The notes: generated by a model not told the origin, from the letters alone. 63,911 nt of DNA, filler included, from Nitrospirae bacterium CG2_30_53_67 (GCA_001873285.1; 6 parts of 6 records of this genome joined end to end with filler, not necessarily neighbours in it), one strand, 5' to 3'. Numbered from the whole stretch's first letter, positions 37,746 to 48,782 are shown. Made by a program: numbers and translations.

Positions 37746-38678
37746 TTGTATAAAAAAGTCACGGTCATCGGCGCCGGGAACGTCGGCGCCACAACGGCGC
37801 AGCGCATTGCAGAAAAGGATCTGGCTGATGTCGTCCTGATTGATATTGCCGAAGGAATCCCGCAGGGAAAAGGGCTTGATCTTCTGGAGTCGGCCCCCAT
37901 CGAGGGGTTTCACAGTCATGTTGCCGGCGCTCATGATTACGGCGAAACCATGGATTCCGACCTGGTGATCGTGACCGCGGGGATCCCGAGAAAGCCGGGA
38001 ATGAGCCGTGACGATTTGATCGCGACCAATGCAAAGATCGTCCGCACGGTCGTGAAGGAGGCGGTCCTGAGGTCTCCGGATGCCATCCTTCTCATGGTGA
38101 CCAATCCTCTGGATGTGATGTGCTCTGTGGCTAAGAAGGCCAGCGGGTTCCCCCGTGAAAAGGTGATCGGCATGGCCGGCGTCCTGGATGCCGCCCGTTT
38201 CAGGGCCTTCATTTCCATGGAACTCGGCGTCTCGGCAGAGAATATCAGCGCCTTGGTCCTGGGCGGGCACGGAGACAGCATGGTCCCCATGCCGAGATAT
38301 ACAACCGTGGCGGGGATTCCGATCACTGAACTTCTCCCTGCAAAGACCATCGAGGCCATGATCCGGAGGACCCGGGACGGCGGCGCCGAGATCGTGAACC
38401 TGATCAAGACGGGGAGCGCCTTTTATGCGCCCTCCTCTGCCGTGACGGAGATGGCCGAGGCCATTCTTAAAGATCAGAAGAAGGTCCTTCCCTGTTCCGT
38501 GTATCTGATGGGGGAATACGGGATACAAGGTGTCTTTATCGGGGCGCCGGTCAAACTCGGCGCCGGCGGCGCGGAAAAGATTATGGAGATCAGGCTGACG
38601 GATGAAGAGCAGCGTCTCTTGAACCTTTCGGCAGAGGCTGTCCGCAAAACGCTGCTCAAGCTCGATGCGGAACTCTGA
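37746..38678 (+). CDS. mdh: Malate dehydrogenase (LDH-like)
   Basis: [31 protein letters not shown]. Confidence 0.95.
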   Translation: MYKKVTVIGAGNVGATTAQRIAEKDLADVVLIDIAEGIPQGKGLDLLESAPIEGFHSHVAGAHDYGETMDSDLVIVTAGIPRKPGMSRDDLIATNAKIVRTVVKEAVLRSPDAILLMVTNPLDVMCSVAKKASGFPREKVIGMAGVLDAARFRAFISMELGVSAENISALVLGGHGDSMVPMPRYTTVAGIPITELLPAKTIEAMIRRTRDGGAEIVNLIKTGSAFYAPSSAVTEMAEAILKDQKKVLPCSVYLMGEYGIQGVFIGAPVKLGAGGAEKIMEIRLTDEEQRLLNLSAEAVRKTLLKLDAEL

Positions 38679-38687
38679 TTGATTAGC

Positions 38688-38771
38688 TCATCTCCAAAAG
38701 AGCGGGTGAAAACATAAGGGGTCAAGGGGGCCAGGATTTTAGGGGTCAAGTGAAGCGCCAAAAAACATAAG
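38688..38771 (+). repeat. Family C left-arm remnant between mdh and fumarase alpha
   Basis: TCATCTCCAAAAGAGCGGGTGAAAACATAAGGGGTCAAG...AGGGGTCAAGTGAAG, homologous to 6957-7040. Confidence 0.75.
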
Positions 38772-38805
38772 CATGCCCCGTGGGGCCTGAACCTGAGTGA
38801 GCCGT

Positions 38806-39648
38806 ATGAAAGAGATTGCCTTTGATACCATCGTGGAGCATGTCCGTCAAGCCTGCATTGAAGCCAACTGCGTGATTGCCGAGGATGTGGCTCAGGCCGT
38901 TCAACAGGCCCTAAACCAAGAAGAGTCTCCGGTCGGAAGGAAGATCCTGCAGGAGATTCTTGACAACCATCGTGTGGCTCGAGATACAAAACTTCCCCTC
39001 TGCCAGGATACCGGGACTGCGGTATTTTTTGTGGAGATCGGCCAGGACGTCCGAATGACAGGCGGGCTTCTGGAGGATGCGATCAACGAAGGCGTACGAC
39101 AAGGTTATGCCGCAGGGTTTCTCCGCAATTCCATGGCGGCCAATCCATTAAATAGAAAAAATACCGGAGACAATACCCCGGCCGTGATCCATTTCAGTCT
39201 CACTCCGGGAGAACGGCTCAAGATCATCTTCTGCCCCAAGGGGGGCGGCAGCGAGAATATGAGTGATATCGCCATGCTGAGGCCCGGAGACGGGATGGAA
39301 GGAGTGCTGCGGTTCGTCGTCCATACCGTGAAGAAGGCGGGATCGCACCCTTGCCCGCCGGTGATCGTGGGGGTCGGGATCGGCGGGAATTTCGAGAAAT
39401 GCGCGATCCTGGCCAAGAAGGCCCTGACCCGGCCGATAGGGAGCCCCAACCCCAAGCTGGAGCTTTCACACCTTGAGGTATCCTTCCTGGACGAGATCAA
39501 CAAACTCGGCATCGGTCCCATGGGGCTTGGGGGTAGAGTCACCGCCCTTGCGGTGCATATTGAGACCTTTCCCTGTCACATCGCATCACTCCCCGTTGCC
39601 GTGAACATCAATTGTCATGCGGCACGGCATAAAGAGATTCTCTTGTAG
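38806..39648 (+). CDS. Fe-S fumarate (or tartrate) hydratase, alpha subunit
   Basis: PLCQDTG, KGGGSEN, CPP, CHIAS, NCHA.RH; TCA context. Confidence 0.9.
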   Translation: MKEIAFDTIVEHVRQACIEANCVIAEDVAQAVQQALNQEESPVGRKILQEILDNHRVARDTKLPLCQDTGTAVFFVEIGQDVRMTGGLLEDAINEGVRQGYAAGFLRNSMAANPLNRKNTGDNTPAVIHFSLTPGERLKIIFCPKGGGSENMSDIAMLRPGDGMEGVLRFVVHTVKKAGSHPCPPVIVGVGIGGNFEKCAILAKKALTRPIGSPNPKLELSHLEVSFLDEINKLGIGPMGLGGRVTALAVHIETFPCHIASLPVAVNINCHAARHKEILL

Positions 39649-39663
39649 GCAAGGAGAAACGGA

Positions 39664-40236
39664 ATGACCGAAGCCATACGCCTTCATACCCCGCTTAGGG
39701 AAGAGGATATCGAACGTCTCAAGATCGGGGACCCGGTGCTTTTAAACGGCGTGGTTTATGCAGCCAGGGACGCGGCGCACAAGCGCATGATCGAAACCTT
39801 GAATAAAGGGGAGTCCCTCCCGTTTGACCTCAAAGGCCAGGTGATCTATTATGTCGGTCCTGCGCCGGCGCCTCCGGGGAGGATCATCGGATCTGCAGGT
39901 CCGACCACGGCTTCACGAATGGATCCCTATACGCCGATCCTGCTCGATCAGGGGCTTAAAGGACTGGTGGGCAAAGGACAACGTTCACGCGAGGTGGTTA
40001 AAAATCTCGTTGACCACAAGGCTGTTTATTTCGTCGCTGTGGGAGGCGTTGCGGCCCTCCTTTCGGACCACATCAAAGAGAACCGTGTTCTCGCCTATCC
40101 TGAACTCGGACCCGAGGCGTTGCGGCAGCTCATATTCGAAGACTTCCCTCTGATCGTGGCCAATGATATCCATGGAGACGATCTGTTTCTCTCAGGGTGG
40201 AAACGTTACAGGCGCCGCACCCGGAAGAAGGAATAA
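39664..40236 (+). CDS. Fe-S fumarate (or tartrate) hydratase, beta subunit
   Basis: ARDAAHKR, YYVGP, GPTTASRMD. Confidence 0.9.
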   Translation: MTEAIRLHTPLREEDIERLKIGDPVLLNGVVYAARDAAHKRMIETLNKGESLPFDLKGQVIYYVGPAPAPPGRIIGSAGPTTASRMDPYTPILLDQGLKGLVGKGQRSREVVKNLVDHKAVYFVAVGGVAALLSDHIKENRVLAYPELGPEALRQLIFEDFPLIVANDIHGDDLFLSGWKRYRRRTRKKE

Positions 40237-40316
40237 CCGGCCTGGCTTCAGATATCAAGGATTCGGCTGATGGGCCCTGCTCGTATGATAAAAGGGCCGC
40301 TCACGGAGAAGATCCC

Positions 40317-41768
40317 ATGGGCAGAATGATCCTGAAACGCATCTTTCTCATGGCGGGCGCTCTGGTGATTCTTGCAGGAACCTCCTGCGCGGTGAACCCG
40401 GTGACCGGACGGCAGGAGATCTCACTGATCAGTGAGGAAAAGGAGATCGAGATCGGGAGGAACAGCGATCCCGAAATCCTGCGGAAATACGGGGCCTATC
40501 CCGACCCCGCCCTTCAGAACTATATCAGCTCCATCGGTGAAGCGCTTGCCCGGAATTCCCACCGCCCTTCCATTGCCTACCATTTTAAGGTGGTGGACTC
40601 ACCTGCCGTCAACGCCTTTGCGCTTCCGGGAGGGTATGTCTACGTGACACGGGGGATGCTTGCCTACCTTGGAAGCGAAGCGGAACTCGCCGGTGTTATG
40701 GGCCATGAGATCGGGCACGTCACGGAACGGCATGCCGTGCAGCAACTCACGGCGGCCTTTGGACTCCAATTGACCTCCATGATCCTTTCCGCTGCGGTCA
40801 AGGGCGGGGGTGAATTCTCCCGGTTGACGGATGTGCTATCTTCCGGGATCATAAACGGGTACGGCCGGGGCAAAGAGCTCAGCGCGGACAGGCTTGGGCA
40901 GGACTACATGTTCAAGACAGGATATGATCCTGAGGCCTCGGTCAGTTTTTTGACCGCTTTACAGCGGACCGAGGGAGACCCGCTCGATCCTGTGAGCCAC
41001 TGGCTGGCGGGCACCCATCCGTATGCCTCTGAAAGGATCCGGAAGGCTCAGGTCCACGCCCGGGAATTGGACCCGCAGATGCTCGTGAAGACGAGGAACA
41101 GGGAACGTTACCTGTCACAGATCAACGGGATGGTCTTCGGCGCCGGTGAAAGGGACGGGCTCCTTGCGGGCCGACGGTATCAGAACCGTTTTTTCCGGGT
41201 ATCCTGTGAGGTTCCGGAAGGGTGGACGGTCCGCACGGGACGGGATACGTGGGCGGCGGAGACCCCGGATAAAAAATACCGGATGCAATTCAGGCTTGAG
41301 GAACTTAAAGAGGCGGTGGATCTGAATTCCTTTGCGTTTCGTATGGAGCAGGGGATGGAATTGAATCATGGCGAACTCTTGTCCAGGGGCAGGCGGAACG
41401 GGATGGAGACACTCATGGTACGGTACCGGGCTGCATCCGGTTCGGTGATCCTTGGGGAGTATCTTCTCCGGGACCGTGTCGGGATCGCGCTCTATGGCAT
41501 GGTCCCGGAGGTTTCCACTGGTCAGTTGACTGAGGAATGGCGCAGGGTCGAAGAGAGTATTCAAACCCTATCGGAATCCGAGGCAGGCGCCATACCCCTG
41601 GCCAGGATCAGGATCCATCAGGTCCGTCCGGGAGACACCTTTTCTGGACTGGCCATGGAGTTTCTCAAGGATCCGAAGAAGGCAAAAGAGATTGCGGAGA
41701 TCAACGGGATGAGCCCGGATGCATCGCCCGCTTTGGGTTCGGCCATCAAGGTTATAACATACTATTAA
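40317..41768 (+). CDS. M48 family metalloprotease lipoprotein with C-terminal LysM-like domain
   Basis: Lipobox-like GTSC, NAFALPGG, HEIGH, THP, VRPGDT. Confidence 0.9.
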   Translation: MGRMILKRIFLMAGALVILAGTSCAVNPVTGRQEISLISEEKEIEIGRNSDPEILRKYGAYPDPALQNYISSIGEALARNSHRPSIAYHFKVVDSPAVNAFALPGGYVYVTRGMLAYLGSEAELAGVMGHEIGHVTERHAVQQLTAAFGLQLTSMILSAAVKGGGEFSRLTDVLSSGIINGYGRGKELSADRLGQDYMFKTGYDPEASVSFLTALQRTEGDPLDPVSHWLAGTHPYASERIRKAQVHARELDPQMLVKTRNRERYLSQINGMVFGAGERDGLLAGRRYQNRFFRVSCEVPEGWTVRTGRDTWAAETPDKKYRMQFRLEELKEAVDLNSFAFRMEQGMELNHGELLSRGRRNGMETLMVRYRAASGSVILGEYLLRDRVGIALYGMVPEVSTGQLTEEWRRVEESIQTLSESEAGAIPLARIRIHQVRPGDTFSGLAMEFLKDPKKAKEIAEINGMSPDASPALGSAIKVITYY

Positions 41769-41777
41769 AATTGAGGT

Positions 41778-41838
41778 TCATCTCCAAAAGAGCGGGTGAA
41801 AACATCAGGGGTCAAGTGCTGCGCTCAAACACTTCAAG
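41778..41838 (+). repeat. Family C left-arm remnant
   Basis: TCATCTCCAAAAGAGCGGGTGAAAACATCAGGGGTCAAGTG. Confidence 0.75.
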
Positions 41839-41870
41839 ACCGACGATGGCTGTTCAAGAAAAGGAAAAAA

Positions 41871-43799
41871 ATGAACCGAAGATACGGTTTTAGCTCTCTT
41901 TTTATCATTTCTTTTTTGCTGTGTCTGGCGTCTTGTACAAGAGGCCGGGTTCCGGTTCCGGCGGTGCAGCCTCCGGCCCCAAGTTTAAGTGACGCAGAGG
42001 CGGCATTCCGAAACGGTCAATACCAGGATGCCGTCCATGCCTTTCAGTCCTTTCTCGCATCAGACCCGGCGGATCCGAGGATCCCTGAAGCCCGCCTGAG
42101 ACTGGGTGAGGCCTATTTTGCCATGAAAGAGATCAATCGGTCCCTGGAGGAACTGGATCAGGTTGTCCGTGATTTTCCGGATACCAGCCAGGCGGATCAG
42201 GCCAGACTCCTCATATCCAGGATTCACTATGACCAGGGGAATGCGGATGCTTCCCTGGCTGAACTCCGCGGTCTCCTTGTAAGATCACCGAGCCGGGCGG
42301 TGGGGGTTCAGGCCTTCCTGCTGAGAGGGGAGATCTTTATGCAGAGAAGGGATATCTCGCTGGGATTGTCCCAGTGGAAGAAGAGCCTCTCCATGGCGGA
42401 CGGACAGGAAGAGACCCGCCGCCTCTATGAAGAGATGGCGCGTATCATGGGACAAAGCGCCGTCGAAGAAAAGACCCTGATGCAGATCATTCGTGAGACA
42501 CCCGGAGAATTTCCGGCAGACCTCTCTCTTTTCGTCATGGGGAAGCGCTCATGGGATGGAGGGGACCCCGTCAAGGCTTCCAGGTTTTTTGAGAAGTTTC
42601 ATTCCCTGTTTCCTGCTCATCCGCTGCTCGGTGAAGCAAAGAACTATATGGAGCAGGGGGCGCGCCTTGCATCACTTTCTCACATGCGGATCGGGTGCAT
42701 TCTCCCTCTTTCAGGCAGGCAGAAGGAAATCGCAAATCAGGTCCTTCATGGAATTCAATTTTCAGTGGACAGGCTGAACGCCTCATTTCTTGAGAAAAGG
42801 ATCGAACTGGTCATCAGGGATTCGGAGGAGACCCCCGAGAAGGCCAAGGCTGAAATGGAGAACCTGGCCGCTGATCCGGATGTCATTGCCGTGATCGGAC
42901 CCCTGATGAGCCGTTCGGTGATGGAGGCCGCCTCGGTAGCGGAAAATGCCCATCTGCCGGTCATCACACCGGCGGCGGCCGCAAAAGAGATTGCAAAAAC
43001 CGACGGCTATATCTTCCGGAATGCCATGACCAACTCGGCACAGGCCAAGGCCATCGCCGAGTACGCCGTGAGGAATCTCGGCCTGCATACCTTTGTCGTG
43101 CTCTATCCGGATGACTATTATGGAACGGAACTCAACGGTTCCTTTGTGAAGCAAGTCACGGCCCTTGGAGGGAATGTCGTCTGTTCAATTTCTTACAAGA
43201 GGGGCGCCGTGGATTACAGGCCCCAGATTCAGAGCATGATCCGGAAGGATCTGCAGATGACGCTTTCCCGGAACGCCGATATGCTCGCACAGGATCAGGA
43301 CAGTATCAAGGAATGGTCAAGAAACTATTTTCCGGGTTTTGATGCGGTTTACCTGCCGGGTTATGCCGAAGATGTGGGGTTGATTGCCCCTCAACTGGCC
43401 TACTACAATATTTCATCCGTACAGCTTCTGGGGAGCCACAACTGGAACTCCGTCGAACTCATCCGCCGTGGCGAACGTTTTGTGGAAGGGGCCGTCTTCA
43501 CCGATGGTTTCTTTGCAGAGAGTCCGCATACGGATATCGCAGAATTCGTGGAGGGATACCGCAGGACATACGGGGAGGAACCCACTCTTTTTTCCGCGCA
43601 GGCTTATGACGCGGCTGAGATGATCCTTCAGACTCTGTACAGAGGGGGGAAATCCAGGGAGGATATCCGCAAAGGGCTGCTGGCTCAGAAGAACTTTCCA
43701 GGCATCTCCGGCCTGACCCATGTGCACGCCTCCGGGGATATGGAGAAAGAACTCTTCTTGATCCGAGTGGAGAACGGCTCTTTCCGGCAGATCAATTAA
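41871..43799 (+). CDS. Lipoprotein with TPR repeats and type I periplasmic-binding fold (LpoA/LppC-like)
   Basis: LASC lipobox, TPR, IGCILPLSG, IGPL, AQAYDA, FPGISG. Confidence 0.8.
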   Translation: MNRRYGFSSLFIISFLLCLASCTRGRVPVPAVQPPAPSLSDAEAAFRNGQYQDAVHAFQSFLASDPADPRIPEARLRLGEAYFAMKEINRSLEELDQVVRDFPDTSQADQARLLISRIHYDQGNADASLAELRGLLVRSPSRAVGVQAFLLRGEIFMQRRDISLGLSQWKKSLSMADGQEETRRLYEEMARIMGQSAVEEKTLMQIIRETPGEFPADLSLFVMGKRSWDGGDPVKASRFFEKFHSLFPAHPLLGEAKNYMEQGARLASLSHMRIGCILPLSGRQKEIANQVLHGIQFSVDRLNASFLEKRIELVIRDSEETPEKAKAEMENLAADPDVIAVIGPLMSRSVMEAASVAENAHLPVITPAAAAKEIAKTDGYIFRNAMTNSAQAKAIAEYAVRNLGLHTFVVLYPDDYYGTELNGSFVKQVTALGGNVVCSISYKRGAVDYRPQIQSMIRKDLQMTLSRNADMLAQDQDSIKEWSRNYFPGFDAVYLPGYAEDVGLIAPQLAYYNISSVQLLGSHNWNSVELIRRGERFVEGAVFTDGFFAESPHTDIAEFVEGYRRTYGEEPTLFSAQAYDAAEMILQTLYRGGKSREDIRKGLLAQKNFPGISGLTHVHASGDMEKELFLIRVENGSFRQIN

Positions 43800-43800
43800 A

Positions 43801-43842
43801 ATCAAAAATTAAAGATCTAAAATACGATCTTTAATTTTTGAT
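43801..43842. terminator. 17-bp AT-rich hairpin after the LpoA-like gene (terminator or repeat remnant)
   Basis: ATCAAAAATTAAAGATC-N8-GATCTTTAATTTTTGAT. Confidence 0.45.
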
Positions 43843-43881
43843 ATAACTTTAGAAGCATTCAACATGGAATAAGGAACAGAA

Positions 43882-44778
43882 ATGAGAATGGATCTAACAG
43901 GCAAAACTCCATGGCGCTATTATGATACCGGATCTTCCGATGCTTACACCAATATGGCCATGGACGAGGTTCTTCTCAAGAAGATGCGGAGACCGGATGC
44001 CCTTCCCATTCTCAGGGTTTACACCTGGTCCATGCCGTCCATTTCCGTGGGATATTTCCAGAACGTGATGGATGACTTCGATCTCACCCTTTGTAAGGAA
44101 CGCGGCTTGCCCCTGGTTAGACGCCTTACGGGCGGGCGGGCCGTGTTCCACGACCACGAATTGACGTACAGTATGATCCTTCCCGGGTCGTACCCGTCGC
44201 TGCCAAGGGGTTTGCTGGATAGTTACAGATATCTCAGCCGGGGACTTCTTCTCGGACTCAGGGAACTCGGGGTTGAACCCGAGCTGGCCGCCCTCAAGGA
44301 TATGAAGGAAGGGCGGAGGGGCCGGGCTCTCAAGTCGCCCAACTGTTTTGCCTCTTCCTCCTGGTATGAGATGACGGCCGGCGGGAAAAAGATCGTGGGG
44401 AGCGCGCAGAAACGGACGCCGTACGGGATCCTCCAGGAGGGATCCATTCTGATTTCGACCCTGCGCTTCAGAGCGTTCAGTGAATTGTTCCGAAAGCGTC
44501 CGGATCGGATGGATTCGGGCGGGTACCGGGAGGATGAGTATCCCATGACCTCTTTGACAGAGATCTTACGGGGGGATTGCCCTGTGGACCGGGTTAAACA
44601 GGCGCTCTTGCAGGGGTTTATCAACGCCTACGGCATTCATTTCCAAAAGACAAGGATCACCCGGGAAGAGAGGCGCTCAGCCTATGAACTGGTTGATGCC
44701 CGATATGGAAGAGATAGCTGGAATTTGTATGGAAAATACAAACTTTTAGGCGAAAAACCTGAACAGAATCGTCCTTGA
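43882..44778 (+). CDS. Lipoate-protein ligase / LipM-like octanoyltransferase
   Basis: NMAMDE, RRLTGGRAVFH, ELTYS, KKIVGSAQ. Confidence 0.9.
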   Translation: MRMDLTGKTPWRYYDTGSSDAYTNMAMDEVLLKKMRRPDALPILRVYTWSMPSISVGYFQNVMDDFDLTLCKERGLPLVRRLTGGRAVFHDHELTYSMILPGSYPSLPRGLLDSYRYLSRGLLLGLRELGVEPELAALKDMKEGRRGRALKSPNCFASSSWYEMTAGGKKIVGSAQKRTPYGILQEGSILISTLRFRAFSELFRKRPDRMDSGGYREDEYPMTSLTEILRGDCPVDRVKQALLQGFINAYGIHFQKTRITREERRSAYELVDARYGRDSWNLYGKYKLLGEKPEQNRP

Positions 44779-44972
44779 CACAAAAAGGAGTAGCATGATA
44801 TTCTTTTTATAAGGTGATACGGGGCAGTTGGATTCATAATTCTTTGATTTTAAAGAAGTTTTAAGCCGGTTCGATCTTTTTGCCCATCTGATCCATTTAA
44901 AAATATTCGTTTTCACATTTGTCCTGATTTGTGACCATCGGAGAGACAAGGCAGGGGTATAAAGGGTGTTTC

Positions 44973-47837
44973 ATGGGTTTGTTCGGCAGCGGTAAGAACA
45001 AGGAAGAAAAACAGAAAAATAAGGTGATCCAGAAGGCACAGAAATATGCGCAAAAAGGCCAGATTGAAAATGCCGTGGCCGAATGGGCAAGTCTTCTGAA
45101 GAACAAGGCTGAGGATGCCAACATCTACAATACCATCGGTGACCTTTATCTGAAGGGAAACCTGAAGGATAAGGCCATCGAGTCCTACCGAAAAGCGTGC
45201 AAGAGCTACACGGATTCCGGATTCGCTCTCAAGGCCATCGCCGTCAATAAAAAGGTCTTGAAGATCGACCCCAACGATCTGGACTCCATGATGTCCATGG
45301 CCCATCTGCATAAAGAGCGTGGTATGGTGGCCAACGCCAAGGAGTGCTACCTCGCCATTGCCGAATACCATATCCGGACCGGGTCGCATGATAAAGCCCT
45401 TGAGGCCTACCAGAAGATCGTGGATATGGACCCCAAGAATCTCAAGGTTAAGGTGAGCCTCGCCGAACTCTATCTAAAAGAGGAGATGGCGCAGGAAGGG
45501 TCCAAGATCTATGGAGAGGTGATCGGAGCGCTTCTTGAAGAGTCGAGGTATGACGAAGCGGAGAAACTCTGCAAGAAGCTGGAGGGGAGCCTCGGTTCAC
45601 CCGGCGCGAACCTGAAATACATGGTCCAGATCCATCTGGCTCAAAACCGAGTGGACGAGGCATCGGTCTGCGCGAAACAGCTGGAAGAACGCGGCGAACA
45701 GGATTCCGAAACCGCTGTGTACAATGCTGAAATCCTCATCCGGAAAGGTCATGCCAAGGAAGGGATCGACGCCCTCAGAAAGATCGACAGGAGCGCCGTC
45801 ACTGAATTTGTCCTCCTGAAGATTTTCCGCCATCTCCTGGCCGCCGGTGAGACGGATCAGGCATTGGATGTTTTAAATGAGATTGCCGAAAAATATCTGG
45901 CGTCCAACCGTTTTGAAGAGCTATGCCGGTTGTACCAGCAGGTCATAGATCATGATCCCGACCACCTGAAGGTGCGTCAGCAAATGGTGGATCTCCTGAA
46001 GAAGATGAAACGGGATCAGGATCTCATCCAGCAATACAAGGAGATGGGAAGGATTTATGCCTCATCGGGTCATCAAGAGGAGGCTAGGAACATCTACGAG
46101 AAAGTCATGTGCATGATTCCGGAGGATATTGAGACGAAGGCCCTGCTCAAGGGCATGAACAGAGACGTCTCTCCCGGCGGCGCCATAGAATTCGACGGGA
46201 CGGTGATCAGCCCGGCATCGGAAGGCGGCGCCGAAACGGCCGAAGAGGAGAACGTCTATGCCATCGATGATAAGATGGAGATCGAAACCTTTGCGGCCGG
46301 CATCAACGAGCCCGAAGTCTTAGGCACGGAGGCCCCAGCGGAGGCGCCTGCGTCTTCAGGAGACGCCGGTGATGAGATCGAGGTGATCAAGGAGAGCGGT
46401 GAGGATCAGGAAACCTTCCTGACGGATAACATCACCGAAGCCGACGTCTACATGAAATACGGACATATGAAGAAGGCCATCGTTCACCTCGAGAAGAATC
46501 TTGAGTCGGCCCCCAAACATATCCCTACGCATGAAAGACTTCTTCAGATCTTCATTGAACAGGGGAATATCCAGGAGCAGATCAACACCTTGATGATCCT
46601 TGCAAAACTGTATCTGGCGCAGGGTGAACACAAAAAGTCTGAAGAGGCCCTCAACGAAATCCTGGTTCTCGATCCTGGAAACGAGGATGCAGTGAGAAGT
46701 CTCAAAGAGGGGCCCATGGCCCTCTCATCCAACGCCACGGATGAAGCGGAAGCGCCCAGGGAGGCGGAGAGCTTTGAATTTGAATTTGATGACAAGGGAA
46801 AAGCCGGGGCCGGTCCGGGTCAGGAAGAGGCGGACGCCCCGAAGGAGAAAGCAGGGGATGCGGAGCCCATAGACGATCTCCTTGATGAGGCTGACTTTTA
46901 TCTTCAGAACGGCATGATAGACGAGGCGCGTGCTGTCTATGAAAAAATTCTGAATCTCCACCCGGATCGTACAGACGTCGCCGGGAAACTCAAGGAGATC
47001 TCAGGGAATGGGGATAAGGAAAGTCCTGCCCCGGATGAGATGTCCAAGATGTTCTCGGAAGTCGCCCTGGAGTTCGGCGGCAAAACACCCGTTCCCACGG
47101 GATCGGCGGAAGACGACCTGACCTCGATCAAGACGGGGATCCCGGGAGAAGAGGCGCCGTCTCCAATGGTTGATGACTTCAATAGCTTCGCCGAGGCGCT
47201 CCGCCAGGAAGTCGACGGTACACTGTCCGGGGAGGACCATGGGACCGGAGCATCATCCGGCGACGCGGATGACATGCTGGATTTCAGCTCCGAACTCCGC
47301 AGGGAGGTTGAAGATTCACTCGCTTCCACCGGGGAGGTGTTTGGTGATCATGATGTCATGGATATCTTCAACGAGTTCCGGGAGGGGGTTCAGAGAGAAC
47401 TCGGTGATGAAGATCATGAGACGCACTACAACCTCGGAATCGCCTACATGGAAATGGGGCTGATTGATGAAGCCTGTGAGGAATTTTCCATCGCATCCCG
47501 AGATTCCGGGCGCCTCATGGATTGTCTGACCATGATCGGTCTCTGTTATACCCAGAAGGGAGAATTCCATAAAGCCCTTGCGGAACTGGAGAGAGGCCTC
47601 ACGGTTCAGGGCCGCAGCGATGAAGAATACAACAGCATCCGGTATGAAATCGCGAAGGTTTCCGAACTTCTGGGAAACAAGGAGAGGGCCGTCAAGGAGC
47701 TGCTGGATATCCATGAAAACAATCCCGGCTACCGGGATTTGCAGGCGAAACTGAAGGCCTTCGGCGTCAAGACCGATGACAGGCCCCTCGTCAAGAAAAA
47801 GTTCCGGGATAAGAAAAACAAAGTCTCTTACCTTTAA
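44973..47837 (+). CDS. Large TPR protein with acidic linker
   Basis: Many TPR repeats, EADVYMKYG, EADFYLQNG, THYNLGIAYMEMGL. Confidence 0.8.
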   Translation: MGLFGSGKNKEEKQKNKVIQKAQKYAQKGQIENAVAEWASLLKNKAEDANIYNTIGDLYLKGNLKDKAIESYRKACKSYTDSGFALKAIAVNKKVLKIDPNDLDSMMSMAHLHKERGMVANAKECYLAIAEYHIRTGSHDKALEAYQKIVDMDPKNLKVKVSLAELYLKEEMAQEGSKIYGEVIGALLEESRYDEAEKLCKKLEGSLGSPGANLKYMVQIHLAQNRVDEASVCAKQLEERGEQDSETAVYNAEILIRKGHAKEGIDALRKIDRSAVTEFVLLKIFRHLLAAGETDQALDVLNEIAEKYLASNRFEELCRLYQQVIDHDPDHLKVRQQMVDLLKKMKRDQDLIQQYKEMGRIYASSGHQEEARNIYEKVMCMIPEDIETKALLKGMNRDVSPGGAIEFDGTVISPASEGGAETAEEENVYAIDDKMEIETFAAGINEPEVLGTEAPAEAPASSGDAGDEIEVIKESGEDQETFLTDNITEADVYMKYGHMKKAIVHLEKNLESAPKHIPTHERLLQIFIEQGNIQEQINTLMILAKLYLAQGEHKKSEEALNEILVLDPGNEDAVRSLKEGPMALSSNATDEAEAPREAESFEFEFDDKGKAGAGPGQEEADAPKEKAGDAEPIDDLLDEADFYLQNGMIDEARAVYEKILNLHPDRTDVAGKLKEISGNGDKESPAPDEMSKMFSEVALEFGGKTPVPTGSAEDDLTSIKTGIPGEEAPSPMVDDFNSFAEALRQEVDGTLSGEDHGTGASSGDADDMLDFSSELRREVEDSLASTGEVFGDHDVMDIFNEFREGVQRELGDEDHETHYNLGIAYMEMGLIDEACEEFSIASRDSGRLMDCLTMIGLCYTQKGEFHKALAELERGLTVQGRSDEEYNSIRYEIAKVSELLGNKERAVKELLDIHENNPGYRDLQAKLKAFGVKTDDRPLVKKKFRDKKNKVSYL

Positions 47838-47888
47838 GTCATGGGACCAGGTTTGAGACCCTCATACCAGGGAGAAACATAAAAAGAG

Positions 47889-48782
47889 ATGAGTTTGCTG
47901 GAGTTTTACGGGATCAAGGGACAACCCTTCTCTAATGCGCCCGACAACAGGTTCTACTTCAACAGCGAGCAGCACTCTCATGCCCTGCTCCGCCTGAAAT
48001 ATGCCGTGGATTCCATGAAAGGCCTCGCAGTCCTCATCGGTGACATCGGCACAGGGAAGACCACCCTCGCGAGGAGAATGCTGGACGAACTCCCTGAAGA
48101 GGAGTATGAATCCGCCCTGCTCATCATCATTCATTCGTCTGTCACGGCGGAATGGCTTCTGAAAAAAATATCGGTCCAGCTCGGCGTCAAGGACGTAGCG
48201 GATACCAAGATGGAGATCATCAGTCAGCTTTACCAGCGTCTTGTGCAGATCCATGAAGCAGGGAAAAAGCCCGTGGTCCTGATCGACGAGGCGCAGATGC
48301 TGAACAGCCGGGACCTGATGGAAGAGTTCCGGGGCCTTCTCAACATCGAGAACACGGATGGGAAACTTCTCTCTCTGATCTTCTTCGGGATGTCAGGCCT
48401 GAATGACTGCCTGGCCCTGGATCCTCCCCTGCAGCAAAGGGTGGCCGTCAAGTACAAGCTTAAATCTTTGGACGCCGATGCCACCGAAGCGTATATCCGG
48501 CACCGCCTGAGCATTGTCGGGTGTGAGACGGACCTCTTCACTCCCGAGGCCTATCGTTCCATTTACGAACACTCCCATGGGATCCCGCGCCTGATCAATA
48601 CCATCTGTGACAATGCCTTGTTCGAAGGTTTTCTCGTCAAAAAGAAAGTCGTTGGCGAGGATCTGATCCAGGAGGTCGCCGAGGAACTGGATCTCGAGAA
48701 AAAGCCGGTCGGCATGCTCCGGGAGACCGACGAGGAGATCGATCACATTATTGAACGGATCGGAGAAGAGACAAAATCATAA
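47889..48782 (+). CDS. ExeA/GspA-like AAA ATPase
   Basis: PFSNAPD, GDIGTGKT, IDEAQ, GIPRLINTICD. Confidence 0.88.
   Translation: MSLLEFYGIKGQPFSNAPDNRFYFNSEQHSHALLRLKYAVDSMKGLAVLIGDIGTGKTTLARRMLDELPEEEYESALLIIIHSSVTAEWLLKKISVQLGVKDVADTKMEIISQLYQRLVQIHEAGKKPVVLIDEAQMLNSRDLMEEFRGLLNIENTDGKLLSLIFFGMSGLNDCLALDPPLQQRVAVKYKLKSLDADATEAYIRHRLSIVGCETDLFTPEAYRSIYEHSHGIPRLINTICDNALFEGFLVKKKVVGEDLIQEVAEELDLEKKPVGMLRETDEEIDHIIERIGEETKS

Noticed and set aside
36260..37900. 546-aa minus-strand ORF and similar long antisense ORFs (4061-5017, 19460-20263, 50113-51057)
   Set aside because: These are shadow frames of well-conserved genes (icd, rne/rng, lysS, sqr) with no motifs of their own.
41796..41870. N-terminal extension of the LpoA-like ORF
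   Set aside because: It runs through the family C repeat; the signal peptide begins at ATG 41871.
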